Notes under the pieces: model-generated
Told to the model about the DNA's origin: nothing
What the model saw: the letters and a program-made list of their open reading frames with translations, nothing else
The model's database searches: none
Made by a program: the position numbers and the translations under genes
Source of the DNA: Candidatus Bathyarchaeia archaeon
Lineage (GTDB): Archaea > Thermoproteota > Bathyarchaeia > Bathyarchaeales > Bathycorpusculaceae
Direction: 5' to 3'
DNA length: 64,000 bases
Assembly: GCA_050010755.1 (NCBI GenBank)
Contig: JBEKKK010000003.1
Location: forward strand, 127,194-191,193
Part shown: in pieces, positions 39,668 through 49,423 of the stretch
Layout: each line of letters opens with the position of its first letter
Position numbering within the stretch: position 1 is the stretch's first letter

Positions 39668-39682
39668 TGGAATTATCTTCTA
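39668..39682 (-). promoter_or_regulatory. Candidate operator TGGAA-TTATC-TTCTA (plus-strand spelling)
   Basis: Motif lies 5 bp upstream of TATA box TTTAAAT of the 39604 gene. Confidence 0.65.
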
Positions 39683-39992
39683 TCATGCAGAAAGAGAAAA
39701 CCCGCGCAGCACCGGACACCGCCGCACTCGACGGTGCCAAGCCCAGCCAACGCTGATTGCTCTGTCACACCATGAAAAGCATGACTAAACAAATCTTTCA
39801 GCCCTGTGCTCACGGCCGGCATATCAACATACGATCGTGGCGACGGTTTGGATCCACGATTTCGTCGATTATTGAAGCTTTCATCGTTTTCACCCGCTAA
39901 GTCAACTTGTTTACAACTGTGAAGAGGCGAGTCGTGACCATCTTTCAGCCGTCACTTTGTAAGTAGAGTCCACGTGCCCAAAAATCTCAGTT

Positions 39993-42458
39993 TCACAACT
40001 TTGAAAGTATACGTATAGAATGTTCTCCTGACAATCCAAGAATCCAGTACTCTGTTCCATGAGTGTAATATGGACCTCCCAGGAACACAACTTGCACGTG
40101 CGCCTGCAAGCATGCGGTGTTAGACGTTGTCTGGGTTCCATCGCTGTCGGTTACATTGACATAGATACTGTACGGTCCCGCAGACCTTGGCGTGAAAGTC
40201 CATGTTGAACTCGTAGCTCCTGAAACCGAGGCATCGTTGAGATACCACTGGTAAGAATAGGGAGATGTGCCGCCAGAAACTGTTGAGTTGAACGACTGGG
40301 ATTGAAGGAGGCCCAAAGTTGCGGTATCAGGCGAAACAGCAATTGAAAGCGGCCCCTCTTCATAGTATGCCGTCAACGTTCCGCCATTCGAAACTGTTAC
40401 TGTTGACGTCGTTTCGCCTGTGGTCCAGTTAATGAAAAAGTGACCTTGCGGGTCTGTGCTCGAAACTGTGAAGGTGTGGACTCCTATCAATTCGGCGAAA
40501 GTGTAGGGTGTCGTTGAGACCGTCGGCGAACCATCCATGGCTACGCTGACGTTCACGTCAGTATTCTCTGTGAGACAATGAGCAGTTATGGTAACGTTAT
40601 ATGGCAGCGTATAGATTTGCGAGAAATATATGCTGTTTGAGGGCAAATTGGACACGTACGTCGCGTTGGCTATCATGTTCCACGAGTTGGTGAACGTCAC
40701 CTGCCAGACTCCGCTCTGATTGAAGCTGCAAACGATGGGTGACTCCCCGTACTGGAACGACATGGTTCCAGCATCGTTTACTGGAATGGTTATCGTTTGG
40801 TTCGCCAAGTTAAACTGGAACATTTCTGGGTCGATGTCTTGAATGTACTCATAGTTCAGTTCTTCCAACGGAAAAGCGAGGGTTGTGTTGCCAGGAACTA
40901 TTCCGATCATGAACAATAATATTTCTGCCTGAGCAGTCGCAGTACAATCGTCGGCAAAGACACCGCTATTGCTGCTTGCAGGTTGATCTTCACTGAACAT
41001 GCCAGTTGCCGCGTCATACAACCCTACTCCGTACTGATTCGCTGTGGCATTATACTGGCTCAGCAATAGGGCCCACGCAGGCTGAAGATTCTGGTTCCCA
41101 GAAAGCATGTCCGTCACACTGCTCTGATACGCGCTGCTCAGCTGCGAGTAAACGCCCTGCAGTGTTTGCCACGTTCCGAGAGTGTTCTCCAACCTTCTCT
41201 GTGTGTTGCTAGGGTTTGCATGGACGACAGCATAAGCTGCAAGATAAGTGCTTGCGTCGACCCATTGTGGACTGTTCCATTCCTCAGAAAGAAACCTGTC
41301 ACCTAAATCCTCCAGAACGTAGGTCCAGTTGCCGAGAGAAGGGTAGTAGTACTTCAGCATACTTATGATTTTCAGGAAAAACGCTGCTTCACATTCGTAT
41401 GTAACTGTTGATGCGTAGCCGAAATAGCCAAGGTTGTCATTCCAGTGAGTGTTGACCAGATGGTTCCACCAGTACACCGCTTTGTTCAAGGCGTCAGAAA
41501 CATTGAGAAGAGCATAAAAAAGAACGTAAGACTCAACGGTGTCCGCATCCTCATCATAGTACCTATTAGCGAATGCCGTTCCTGTTCCGTTCGCATAAAC
41601 CTGAAGGGGAAGCCCGCCGCCATTCGCAAATGAATAGTTTATGGCAGTGTCGAAAAAGTTGTATGCTGCCGTGACGTTCCATTTCGAGTTGTTCTGGTAT
41701 CCCCCAATCCAAGAACAGTTGTTGAAGTAGTAGCCGTACAGTCCCCATTGGTTCTCAATGTTGAAGTCGTTTCCTCCATAACTGCTGCTAGTCATAGGCA
41801 GGCTTCCAACCATCGTGTAGTTTCCAAGAGCATATTCAACGTCTGCTTGAACGTCGCTTGGAACGCTGTCATACCAGAGCTTGTTGCATATGGCAGCCCA
41901 TTCCAAAACGTTGATCCACTGTCCTGCAGACGCATAGTTGTCTATCATTGTTTGCATTGACGTCTGATTCTGGCCTAGGACATAAGCGAGATATGGTGAA
42001 ACTTCGTTGAAGTCGTTCGCGGCTTGAACCGCCCCCATGGTTTGGATTAGAGAATCAAAGTAGGACACCGTGCCCGCTTCGGTGTAATCGTAAACGTTGA
42101 CGGATCTGTTTCCAGTCGTCGCCCAGACATCGTCAGAGTCGTTTACCCAGAAGTCAAAACTTATTACGCTGTTGCCGCTGGGATACGTCTCCGTGTAGTT
42201 TGCCCAGGCCTGAGTGCCTGAAAGGCTGAGTGTAGAATTTGCGGCCGCGCCTGTGATGTTAGTCTCTAGTATTCCCAAGCTCAGCGCATTCGAGTCTGAG
42301 CATTCAAATGAGAACTGCGCCGCTAGGCCAGAGTAAACGTTGTTGATGAAAAAATCCTGAATCACCGGAGAAACAGAACCCTCGACGCTGGTCTCAAGTT
42401 TGGCAGGATTTGCAAAGCGTACGCCTGCAAGAAAACTCGTCAAGACGAGGAGGCACAC
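39993..42458 (-). CDS. Secreted protein with a helical (alpha/alpha-toroid-like, possible glycoside hydrolase) core and Ig-like domains; start may be ATT at 42491
   Basis: Aromatic- and acid-rich helical central region (RYYDEDA, YECEAAFF); C-terminal GGTSPYSYQWY Ig domain. Confidence 0.7.
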   Translation of the reverse strand: MCLLVLTSFLAGVRFANPAKLETSVEGSVSPVIQDFFINNVYSGLAAQFSFECSDSNALSLGILETNITGAAANSTLSLSGTQAWANYTETYPSGNSVISFDFWVNDSDDVWATTGNRSVNVYDYTEAGTVSYFDSLIQTMGAVQAANDFNEVSPYLAYVLGQNQTSMQTMIDNYASAGQWINVLEWAAICNKLWYDSVPSDVQADVEYALGNYTMVGSLPMTSSSYGGNDFNIENQWGLYGYYFNNCSWIGGYQNNSKWNVTAAYNFFDTAINYSFANGGGLPLQVYANGTGTAFANRYYDEDADTVESYVLFYALLNVSDALNKAVYWWNHLVNTHWNDNLGYFGYASTVTYECEAAFFLKIISMLKYYYPSLGNWTYVLEDLGDRFLSEEWNSPQWVDASTYLAAYAVVHANPSNTQRRLENTLGTWQTLQGVYSQLSSAYQSSVTDMLSGNQNLQPAWALLLSQYNATANQYGVGLYDAATGMFSEDQPASSNSGVFADDCTATAQAEILLFMIGIVPGNTTLAFPLEELNYEYIQDIDPEMFQFNLANQTITIPVNDAGTMSFQYGESPIVCSFNQSGVWQVTFTNSWNMIANATYVSNLPSNSIYFSQIYTLPYNVTITAHCLTENTDVNVSVAMDGSPTVSTTPYTFAELIGVHTFTVSSTDPQGHFFINWTTGETTSTVTVSNGGTLTAYYEEGPLSIAVSPDTATLGLLQSQSFNSTVSGGTSPYSYQWYLNDASVSGATSSTWTFTPRSAGPYSIYVNVTDSDGTQTTSNTACLQAHVQVVFLGGPYYTHGTEYWILGLSGEHSIRILSKL

Positions 42459-42754
42459 AAAAAGTCCACTGAGCTTTCCTGTCTCCCTAATCCCGGCTCC
42501 TCCTCCGAATATCGATAGCCGCGTCCGTCAAGTTAAACCTATCCTTTCAGCTCAGCGGTCAAACTGAAAAAAACTAGAAACTAAGAGACACGTGCCGAGA
42601 AGAAGAGGCGTGCGATAACTTGCTACAAAGATAAAGGCATTTGATTGACCATCAGGTCTCAGCGAAGGCGAGGCTTAGGCCACTCTTCACATTTCAACGT
42701 GGTTCAGTGACGCTTGAGAGCTGTTACGAAAACAGGCTCGCACGAAGTGCGGGC

Positions 42755-43978
42755 TTACCTGCTCTGTGTCGTTCCGGTTCCTGTTTGAGGCTGCCCAGAA
42801 AAGTCTGGTCTGCGCATCTTTTGCTGTCTCAATCTTCTCACGCGGTTTCTTCGCACCGCCGACCTGACCGAGGATATCACTATGGCGGCGACGATGATTC
42901 CGAGGAAGGTGTACAAGATCGGCGTCCAGTCGAAGAGGTTCAGGGCCAAGTCCACCGTGATCGGGTAAATGAAAGGCGTAGAAACCTGGGTCGCGTTGGG
43001 GCCTGATCGAGCCACGAGAGTCAGGTTCACATCAAATATGCCCACTCCTGTGTAAACGTGTGTTATGAGCGCGTCCGTCGGAGACCCGGTCGCATTGACC
43101 ACAGTCGTGTTTCCATCGCCAAAGTTCCAGATGTACTCGGTTATCGTTCCATATTTATCGTAGGAATCAGAGGCGTTAAAGTATGTTGGCAGGTAAGCGA
43201 AAACATTAGTTGTGGTAACCCCTTCACCAGCCGTATACATAAGGAGCAGGTGGTTCTTGCTGCTGACGGGTGTGCCGTGGCATACGAAGGAGCCAAACGG
43301 CGGTGGAACGGAGAGTCCGGCGATTACGATGAGCGTCGCATTCGTTAAGTCAAAGTTGTCATTTTCACCACCTAAAAGAGCCTGATCCGAGTTTTGCGTG
43401 AACGTATACCATGCTTGGCTGCCTATTGGAGGGAGCATAGCGGTGTTGTTGATTGTGGAAATGTGAACAGTTGTCTCTCCCGCCGTTGCAACCGTGAAGT
43501 TCACTTGAAAGAGCAAAGCGTTGGAAACATCCATGCCCGCTGTGGTGAGCAGCGACTGGCCAGCTTCTGCGACGCCAAATTGGTCCCTAAGATCTATCAA
43601 TGAAGACGGCGTCTGGTTAAACGGAGTAAGCATCGTCGAAACAGGACTGTGCGATCCAAACACGTTGTTAGCTGGAAACGTGAGATCTGTCATGTTCAGC
43701 ATCGTCTGGTTGTACTTGAACACTATTTGGTAGTCATAAAGGTCTGTGTAATCTGTTATGTTCACGTTCATCGTGAAGGTCTCATTTACCTTCAGGATTA
43801 ACGTATCGTTCTGCTGCTGGCTGTTCGACTCTTGGCCAAGGATTAGGATTTTCGGCACTGTTGCCGCTGACACCGTGGCCACGTGCGTGGTCAGCCCTGC
43901 CACAACAATTGCACAGATGATAATTGCCGAGAGCTGTCTCAGTCTTCTTGAATAACCTGTGTCTATCCGTTTTTTCAT
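42755..43978 (-). CDS. Membrane-anchored cohesin + PKD protein, last gene of the ABC operon
   Basis: ATG at 43978, 11 nt after the oppF stop; cohesin FTMNVNITDYTDLYDYQIVFKYNQTML..LFQVNFTV; PKD YIWNFGDG; TM + basic tail. Confidence 0.82.
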   Translation of the reverse strand: MKKRIDTGYSRRLRQLSAIIICAIVVAGLTTHVATVSAATVPKILILGQESNSQQQNDTLILKVNETFTMNVNITDYTDLYDYQIVFKYNQTMLNMTDLTFPANNVFGSHSPVSTMLTPFNQTPSSLIDLRDQFGVAEAGQSLLTTAGMDVSNALLFQVNFTVATAGETTVHISTINNTAMLPPIGSQAWYTFTQNSDQALLGGENDNFDLTNATLIVIAGLSVPPPFGSFVCHGTPVSSKNHLLLMYTAGEGVTTTNVFAYLPTYFNASDSYDKYGTITEYIWNFGDGNTTVVNATGSPTDALITHVYTGVGIFDVNLTLVARSGPNATQVSTPFIYPITVDLALNLFDWTPILYTFLGIIVAAIVISSVRSAVRRNRVRRLRQQKMRRPDFSGQPQTGTGTTQSR

Positions 43979-43989
43979 GTTTTGCTTCC

Positions 43990-45051
43990 TCAACCAGTTG
44001 ATTGTGAGACTGCGTAGCAGGCCACGAAATGTCCTTGTCCTGAGTCCAATAGCATGGGTTCCTTCTTCTTGCAAATGTCCATGGCCAACGGGCATCTGGG
44101 ATGGAAACGGCACCCAAGCGGGGGATTCACAGGGCTGGGCACTTCGCCTGTTAACGGCGCACGTTCCTTTCTCCTCGTTGGATCAGGTATGGGCACTGAG
44201 GCTATGAGGGCCTGAGAATATGGGTGCAGCGGAGTGTGGAATATCTGCTCCGTCGTGGAGTACTCAACGATTTTGCCTAAGTACATGATGCCGACCCGAT
44301 CGCTGATGCATTCGACGATGCTTAAGTCGTGGCTAATGAACATATAAGTGAGGCCGAATTCTTTTTGCAGATCCTGGAAGAGGTTCAGCAGTTGTGCTCG
44401 AACCGAAACGTCAACAGCAGAGGTCGGCTCATCGAGAATCACGAATTCAGGGTGGCTCACCAGCGCCCTCGCGATGGCTATTCTCTGTCTCTGGCCACCG
44501 CTAAATTCATGCGGAAACCTGAACAGCGCGCGCTCTGACATTCCTACTCTTTCAAGAATCTCCATGACCATTTTCTTGGCTTCTTCGCCACTGGCTATTC
44601 CCTGAGCATAGAGAGACTCCCCCACCACGTCCTTCACCAGCATCCGCGGATCCAACGACGTCGTGGGGTCCTGGTACACTATCTGCATTCTTCTCCTGAG
44701 TCGACGCAGATCCATTCCCGCATAGGTTGCTATGTCATACTTTCGTCTCAGTCTTCGAAGCACCGGAGAACGGGGGTTGCTCCTCGAAAGCTGATTGATT
44801 TGTGCAGTGACTTCTGCGGGAACACCGAAATAGATGCTTCCAGCATCGGGTTTCAGCAGTCTCAGAAGTGTCTTTCCCAAGGTTGTCTTTCCGCAGCCTG
44901 ACTCTCCGACCAACCCGAAACATTCGCCTCTATCCACGCTTATAGACACATCGTCAACTGCTCTCACACTGGCCACCCTGCGCTTGAAAACCCCACCGTA
45001 TATCGGATAATACTTCTTCAATTGTTTCAGTTCCAACAGTGGCGCCATCAT
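43990..45051 (-). CDS. oppF: Oligopeptide/dipeptide ABC transporter ATP-binding protein (OppF/DppF)
   Basis: GESGCGKTT, FSGGQRQR, ILDEPT, HDL, C-terminal PPLGCRFHPRC; ATGA overlap with oppD. Confidence 0.93.
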   Translation of the reverse strand: MMAPLLELKQLKKYYPIYGGVFKRRVASVRAVDDVSISVDRGECFGLVGESGCGKTTLGKTLLRLLKPDAGSIYFGVPAEVTAQINQLSRSNPRSPVLRRLRRKYDIATYAGMDLRRLRRRMQIVYQDPTTSLDPRMLVKDVVGESLYAQGIASGEEAKKMVMEILERVGMSERALFRFPHEFSGGQRQRIAIARALVSHPEFVILDEPTSAVDVSVRAQLLNLFQDLQKEFGLTYMFISHDLSIVECISDRVGIMYLGKIVEYSTTEQIFHTPLHPYSQALIASVPIPDPTRRKERAPLTGEVPSPVNPPLGCRFHPRCPLAMDICKKKEPMLLDSGQGHFVACYAVSQSTG

Positions 45052-46568
45052 GACCCTCCGTAAAGATGGCACGAGACATAGTGGTCAGGTTTGACCTCAA
45101 TGAACTTCGGCTTCACGCTCAAGCACTGCTCGGTTGCATAGCTGCACCTGTCGTGAAACCTGCAACCTTTCAACGGGTTTACCAAACTCGGAACTATGCC
45201 CGGGATTGACTTGAACGGTTCGCCCGGCCTCGGGATTGAATCGAGCAGTGCACGTGTGTACGGGTGAAGCGGGTTGCTGAATGTCTCGAAAACATCAGCG
45301 GTCTCGACCACGTTTCCAGCGTACATCACCGCAACCCGATCGCATGATTGCGCGACTACACCCAGGTCGTGTGTAATATAGAGGATTGCCGACCCAAGGT
45401 TCTTCTTCAGCGTCTTCACCAGATTCAATATCTGGGCTTGAACCGTGACGTCCAAGTTGGTAGTCGGTTCATCGGCTATGAGCATTCTTGGATTGCAGGC
45501 TAACGCCATGGCAATGACTACTCTCTGTGCCATTCCACCGCTCAGTTCATGCGGATACATGCGTGCCACCCGTTCCGGATCAGGTATTTCCACGCTCTTC
45601 AGCACCTTGACGACCTCTTTCCGAACCTCGTTCTGGAACTGGCGTTTGCGATTAAACCTCGCCGGAAACCTCATGGCCCTGACGCGAACAGCCCCTGGGA
45701 TTCTGGTGCCTAAGCCCGGCTTGTATTCCGTGGGCTCGACCTGCATGAGCTCAGCATACTGTCTGTTACACTGTCCCAGCCACGCCATCACAGACTGCTT
45801 CTGTTTGTTAATGCTGACCATCTGCTTTTCTGTTCCTTTCTTTCCCTCTAGTTCTGTTTTCTGTTTCTCAAGCGTAGCCCTTAACCTTTCGAGCTTTGCC
45901 TTCTTCTTTTGAAACTGTCGCGCATTCTCAGTCGACCAATACCGCTCAGCCTTCAACAACCTTCGGTAAGATGCTATCTCATTGTTCGAGGGCTGTTTGG
46001 CCGTCAGGGCGGCAAGTCTCTTTTCAATCGTTTGCCTGCGTTTGGCAAGCTCTACCTTCTCTTTTTCTCCTTGAGGGTTCTCTTTGTCAAGCCGAGCCTT
46101 CTCCTTTTCGAGCACTGCCTTTCGGCCGTCGATGAGCCTCTTCTGAACAGAGGCTATGCTGTTTTCCAACAGTTCTTCTCTTCTGTGAACGAGCATGACC
46201 TCGGCGATCTGATTTTCAACCGAGTAAACAGGGTTGAGGTAGGCTCTCGGCTCTTGGAAAATCATCGATATATCTTTGCCCCTCACTTTTCTGATTGTAT
46301 CCTCTTTCATCGTTAGAGTGTTTTGTTGTTTCCCTGAATCTCGCAGAATAATCCTCCCGCCCTCAATGACGCCAGGCGGGGGGACCAGCCTCATGATTGA
46401 AAGACTCGTCACGCTCTTGCCACTACCTGTCTCGCCCACGAGGCCGAGAATTTCACCTTCCCTCACGAAAAGGTTGACTCCGTCAAGCGCTTCAACGACG
46501 CCTGCGTACGTGTAGAACTTTACTTCGAGATCTTGCACTTCAACTATGCTGCCCTTAGACATTGTCAT
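45048..46568 (-). CDS. oppD: Oligopeptide/dipeptide ABC transporter ATP-binding protein (OppD/DppD) with a large coiled-coil insertion
   Basis: GETGSGKS, MIFQEP, LSGGMAQR, IADEPT, GCRFHDRC; ATGA overlap with oppC. Confidence 0.93.
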   Translation of the reverse strand: MTMSKGSIVEVQDLEVKFYTYAGVVEALDGVNLFVREGEILGLVGETGSGKSVTSLSIMRLVPPPGVIEGGRIILRDSGKQQNTLTMKEDTIRKVRGKDISMIFQEPRAYLNPVYSVENQIAEVMLVHRREELLENSIASVQKRLIDGRKAVLEKEKARLDKENPQGEKEKVELAKRRQTIEKRLAALTAKQPSNNEIASYRRLLKAERYWSTENARQFQKKKAKLERLRATLEKQKTELEGKKGTEKQMVSINKQKQSVMAWLGQCNRQYAELMQVEPTEYKPGLGTRIPGAVRVRAMRFPARFNRKRQFQNEVRKEVVKVLKSVEIPDPERVARMYPHELSGGMAQRVVIAMALACNPRMLIADEPTTNLDVTVQAQILNLVKTLKKNLGSAILYITHDLGVVAQSCDRVAVMYAGNVVETADVFETFSNPLHPYTRALLDSIPRPGEPFKSIPGIVPSLVNPLKGCRFHDRCSYATEQCLSVKPKFIEVKPDHYVSCHLYGGS

Positions 46569-47701
46569 CTCCTCCTGAGCATCGGGTCTAGAACGTCTCT
46601 GAGCGCGTCTCCAAGCAAATTCCACCCGACCACAAACATCGCGATGAAGAATCCTGGAATAAAGAATGTGTGGAAGTAGAGCACTATGTTGCTGGCGTTT
46701 GTTATGACGCTTTGAGAGGCGCTGACAAGCTGTCCCCAATCTGGGTAGTTCGGGGGTGCGCCTATGCCGATGAACGCCAAAGCGGCTGCGGTCAGTATCA
46801 CGGAACCTATGTCCAAAGTGGCCACGATGAAGACAGGGTATATGCTGTTCGGCAGGATGTGCCTTGTTATAGTTCGAAAATCTGAGGATCCTGAGGCTCT
46901 TGAAGCTTCAACGAAATCCTCGTTCTTCACCCTTAAGACTTCCCCTCTGATTAACCTAGCGTAGCCTGGCCAACCGACCAGCGTCAACGCAACGAGAACT
47001 TTGTCCAGTTTTCCAAGATTGAGATTAAGAATTAACGGGAAGTACAGGTAGGTTATTAGCGAAAAGGCCAGGATTACCAAGAATACAGATGTAAATATCG
47101 CGCCAGTGCGATCGCGCCTCAACCCAAGAAAGATCACGACGAAAAATGCGGAGATGCCCAGAAACAGCATTGAAAGGTTCAACGGGATAGCTACTGGAAA
47201 AGCAAGCACTATTGCTATGGCAAGGATCAAGCCCGGAAAAGCGATTATGATGTCAGTGAATCGCATCAACGCCTCATCTATCACCCCCCCGTAAAATGCC
47301 GCCAACGTTCCGATAAGAAGACCGACGATGAGAGATATTACAACAACTGTCAAGCCTACCCTGAACGCCGTTATTGTTCCCCAGATGCAACCGTAATAAA
47401 TGTCATACTGATAGTACGTGGTACCAAAAATGTGTTCTGTTGTAGGCGGCGTTGGAACGTTATACCCAACCAGACCTGTGATGGTTTGGTCTTGGGGAAT
47501 TGCCCATGGATTGCCGCGATTCACAGAGGGAATTGGCGCGAGCACTGGAGCTAAGCATGCGATGACCACGAAGCCCAATATGATGATCAGGCCGGCCATG
47601 GCGAGGTTGGACTGTCTCATCCTCTTCAGCATGAACCTCCATTCTGAGATTCTCGGACGCATTCCTGTTTTGAACTCTTCCCATCTCGATGTCAGGCTCA
47701 T
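46565..47701 (-). CDS. oppC: Peptide ABC transporter permease (OppC/DppC)
   Basis: HIFGT...DIY, GWPGYARLIRGEVL, EAA loop FVEASRASG, RHILPN, PDWG, NLLGDALRDVLDP. Confidence 0.93.
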   Translation of the reverse strand: MSLTSRWEEFKTGMRPRISEWRFMLKRMRQSNLAMAGLIIILGFVVIACLAPVLAPIPSVNRGNPWAIPQDQTITGLVGYNVPTPPTTEHIFGTTYYQYDIYYGCIWGTITAFRVGLTVVVISLIVGLLIGTLAAFYGGVIDEALMRFTDIIIAFPGLILAIAIVLAFPVAIPLNLSMLFLGISAFFVVIFLGLRRDRTGAIFTSVFLVILAFSLITYLYFPLILNLNLGKLDKVLVALTLVGWPGYARLIRGEVLRVKNEDFVEASRASGSSDFRTITRHILPNSIYPVFIVATLDIGSVILTAAALAFIGIGAPPNYPDWGQLVSASQSVITNASNIVLYFHTFFIPGFFIAMFVVGWNLLGDALRDVLDPMLRRR

Positions 47702-47702
47702 G

Positions 47703-48752
47703 TCAATCCAACCTTATTCTGGGGTCGATGTACGCGTACATGATATCAACTATTAGGTTCGCTGACACAAACAAAAGGGCCGTAAGAACCGTGTAACCCA
47801 TAATGAAGGGAATATCCAAATTCGTGATGGCTTTGACGGCCGCACTTCCCAAACCTCCAAAGCCAAAAACTGTTTCAGTGATAATCAAACCAGTCAGGAG
47901 GCCCGCTACCAACATCCCGGAAAGAGTTGCAACAGGGATGAGAGCATTCCTTCTTGCATGCTTGTAGATGACGACCTTGTTGCTCAGACCCTTGGATCTC
48001 GCCGTCGTAATGTAAGGCTTGCTCAGCGTCTCAAGCATAGAGGAACGCATCACTCTTATCAGCAAGGCAACATCGATGGTGACAACGGTGATCACGGGCA
48101 GAACGCAATGCCAAAGAACGTCAAGCGATAAGTACGGCTGACCGTTCAACAGCCCGTCAAACAAGTCTATACCAGTGTAATGCATGAAATGGTTCTTCGG
48201 AGTCAGCATATAGACTAACCAGGTATTTGTCATCGATCCCGCATAGGGGAACCAGCCAAGAATACCCGCAAACACCGCCAGAAGCAGCATGCCAACGAAG
48301 AACGAGGGAAGCGACCAACCGATGATAGACAGGAGCCTCGATGCTTGGTCAATCGGTCCGTTCCTGTGAATCGCAGATTGAACCCCAAGATATATCCCCA
48401 AGAAAATAATCAACGGGGCTGCAAAGACAACAATCTCAAACGTGTAAGGCCACTTCGTCGCAATTGACACTACCACGTCTTGATTACTGCTCACTGACCA
48501 CCCGAGGTTCCCATGCAACAGATTTATCAACCAGGTCCAGTACTGCACATAAAACGGAGCATTCAAATGATACTGTTGAATTGCGTTTGCTATCGCCTCT
48601 GTAAGATACTTAACACTCCCATGAACATAAAGAAGCGCTCTCATATCGACAGGAAGCAGCATAGTGACAATGAAAACCAAAATAGTAACACCGAGCAACA
48701 CGAACACAAGCAAGATTAACCTTCTTACTATGTAAGCTGCTAGATTCGCCAT
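47703..48752 (-). CDS. oppB: Peptide ABC transporter permease (OppB/DppB)
   Basis: YIVRRL, QYWTWL..LLHGNLGWS, RSSMLE..YITTARSKGL, KHARRNAL, YAYIDPRI; ATG at 48752. Confidence 0.93.
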   Translation of the reverse strand: MANLAAYIVRRLILLVFVLLGVTILVFIVTMLLPVDMRALLYVHGSVKYLTEAIANAIQQYHLNAPFYVQYWTWLINLLHGNLGWSVSSNQDVVVSIATKWPYTFEIVVFAAPLIIFLGIYLGVQSAIHRNGPIDQASRLLSIIGWSLPSFFVGMLLLAVFAGILGWFPYAGSMTNTWLVYMLTPKNHFMHYTGIDLFDGLLNGQPYLSLDVLWHCVLPVITVVTIDVALLIRVMRSSMLETLSKPYITTARSKGLSNKVVIYKHARRNALIPVATLSGMLVAGLLTGLIITETVFGFGGLGSAAVKAITNLDIPFIMGYTVLTALLFVSANLIVDIMYAYIDPRIRLD

Positions 48753-49381
48753 CTCCGAAACCCCGACATAAATCAACCTAAAATCAATATTTAAGCCTGT
48801 CGCACTAGCGCGATTCCTTGTTCCTTCCGTCTCACGTGTCTTGTGACGCAACTCCCAACGCTAGAGCGCGCAGCTCTTCCTCTTCTAACAAAAGCGCGCG
48901 CGCAAAAAATGAAAGCAAGAACTGATTCGAAGTCTCCAACAGTCAGCCGGCTTTAATCTCCATTCAGTTCATTGCTCGCGTCATTGTCTGGAAGTTCTCG
49001 CATAACCCAAGCCCAGTTTCGCAAGACAGAAGGAAAATGTTCCAACGTAACAGAAAGAGGCAATTTGTCTTTACAAATCGTCCACCTCAAAATCAAGCTC
49101 TCAACACACATCAAACCCAACCCGGAGACAAGAAGCGTACAGAGCATGATTTCGCAGCCACAACAAAACCCGCTTCCTGATATCCTACTCAAACGACAAA
49201 GAAAAATTATAAGATACAAGTATTCGTGCCTCAAGAATAAGAGAAGAATATCAAAAGAAGCCTCAGCAGAGGGAACAGAGTTTTCAATTTTGAAGCAACG
49301 CGTTCGTTCAGAAGCAAGCGACTTCAACAATTCAAGGAACGCAAACTCGTAGAATCAAATCCTGCAGCGCGAGGCTCAAAC

Positions 49382-49397
49382 AAGAAAAAAGGGGGAG
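49382..49397 (-). terminator. Oligo-T terminator after oppA
   Basis: Minus strand TCCCCCTTTTTTCTT just after the stop. Confidence 0.55.
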
Positions 49398-49423
49398 AGT
49401 GTTTAGCTTAGGTCTTCAACCGT

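Noticed and set aside
48860-49380. ORFs 48953..49330 and 48972..49352 between oppA and oppB
   Set aside because: No recognisable motifs or SD; mutually overlapping frames in an A-rich intergenic tract.
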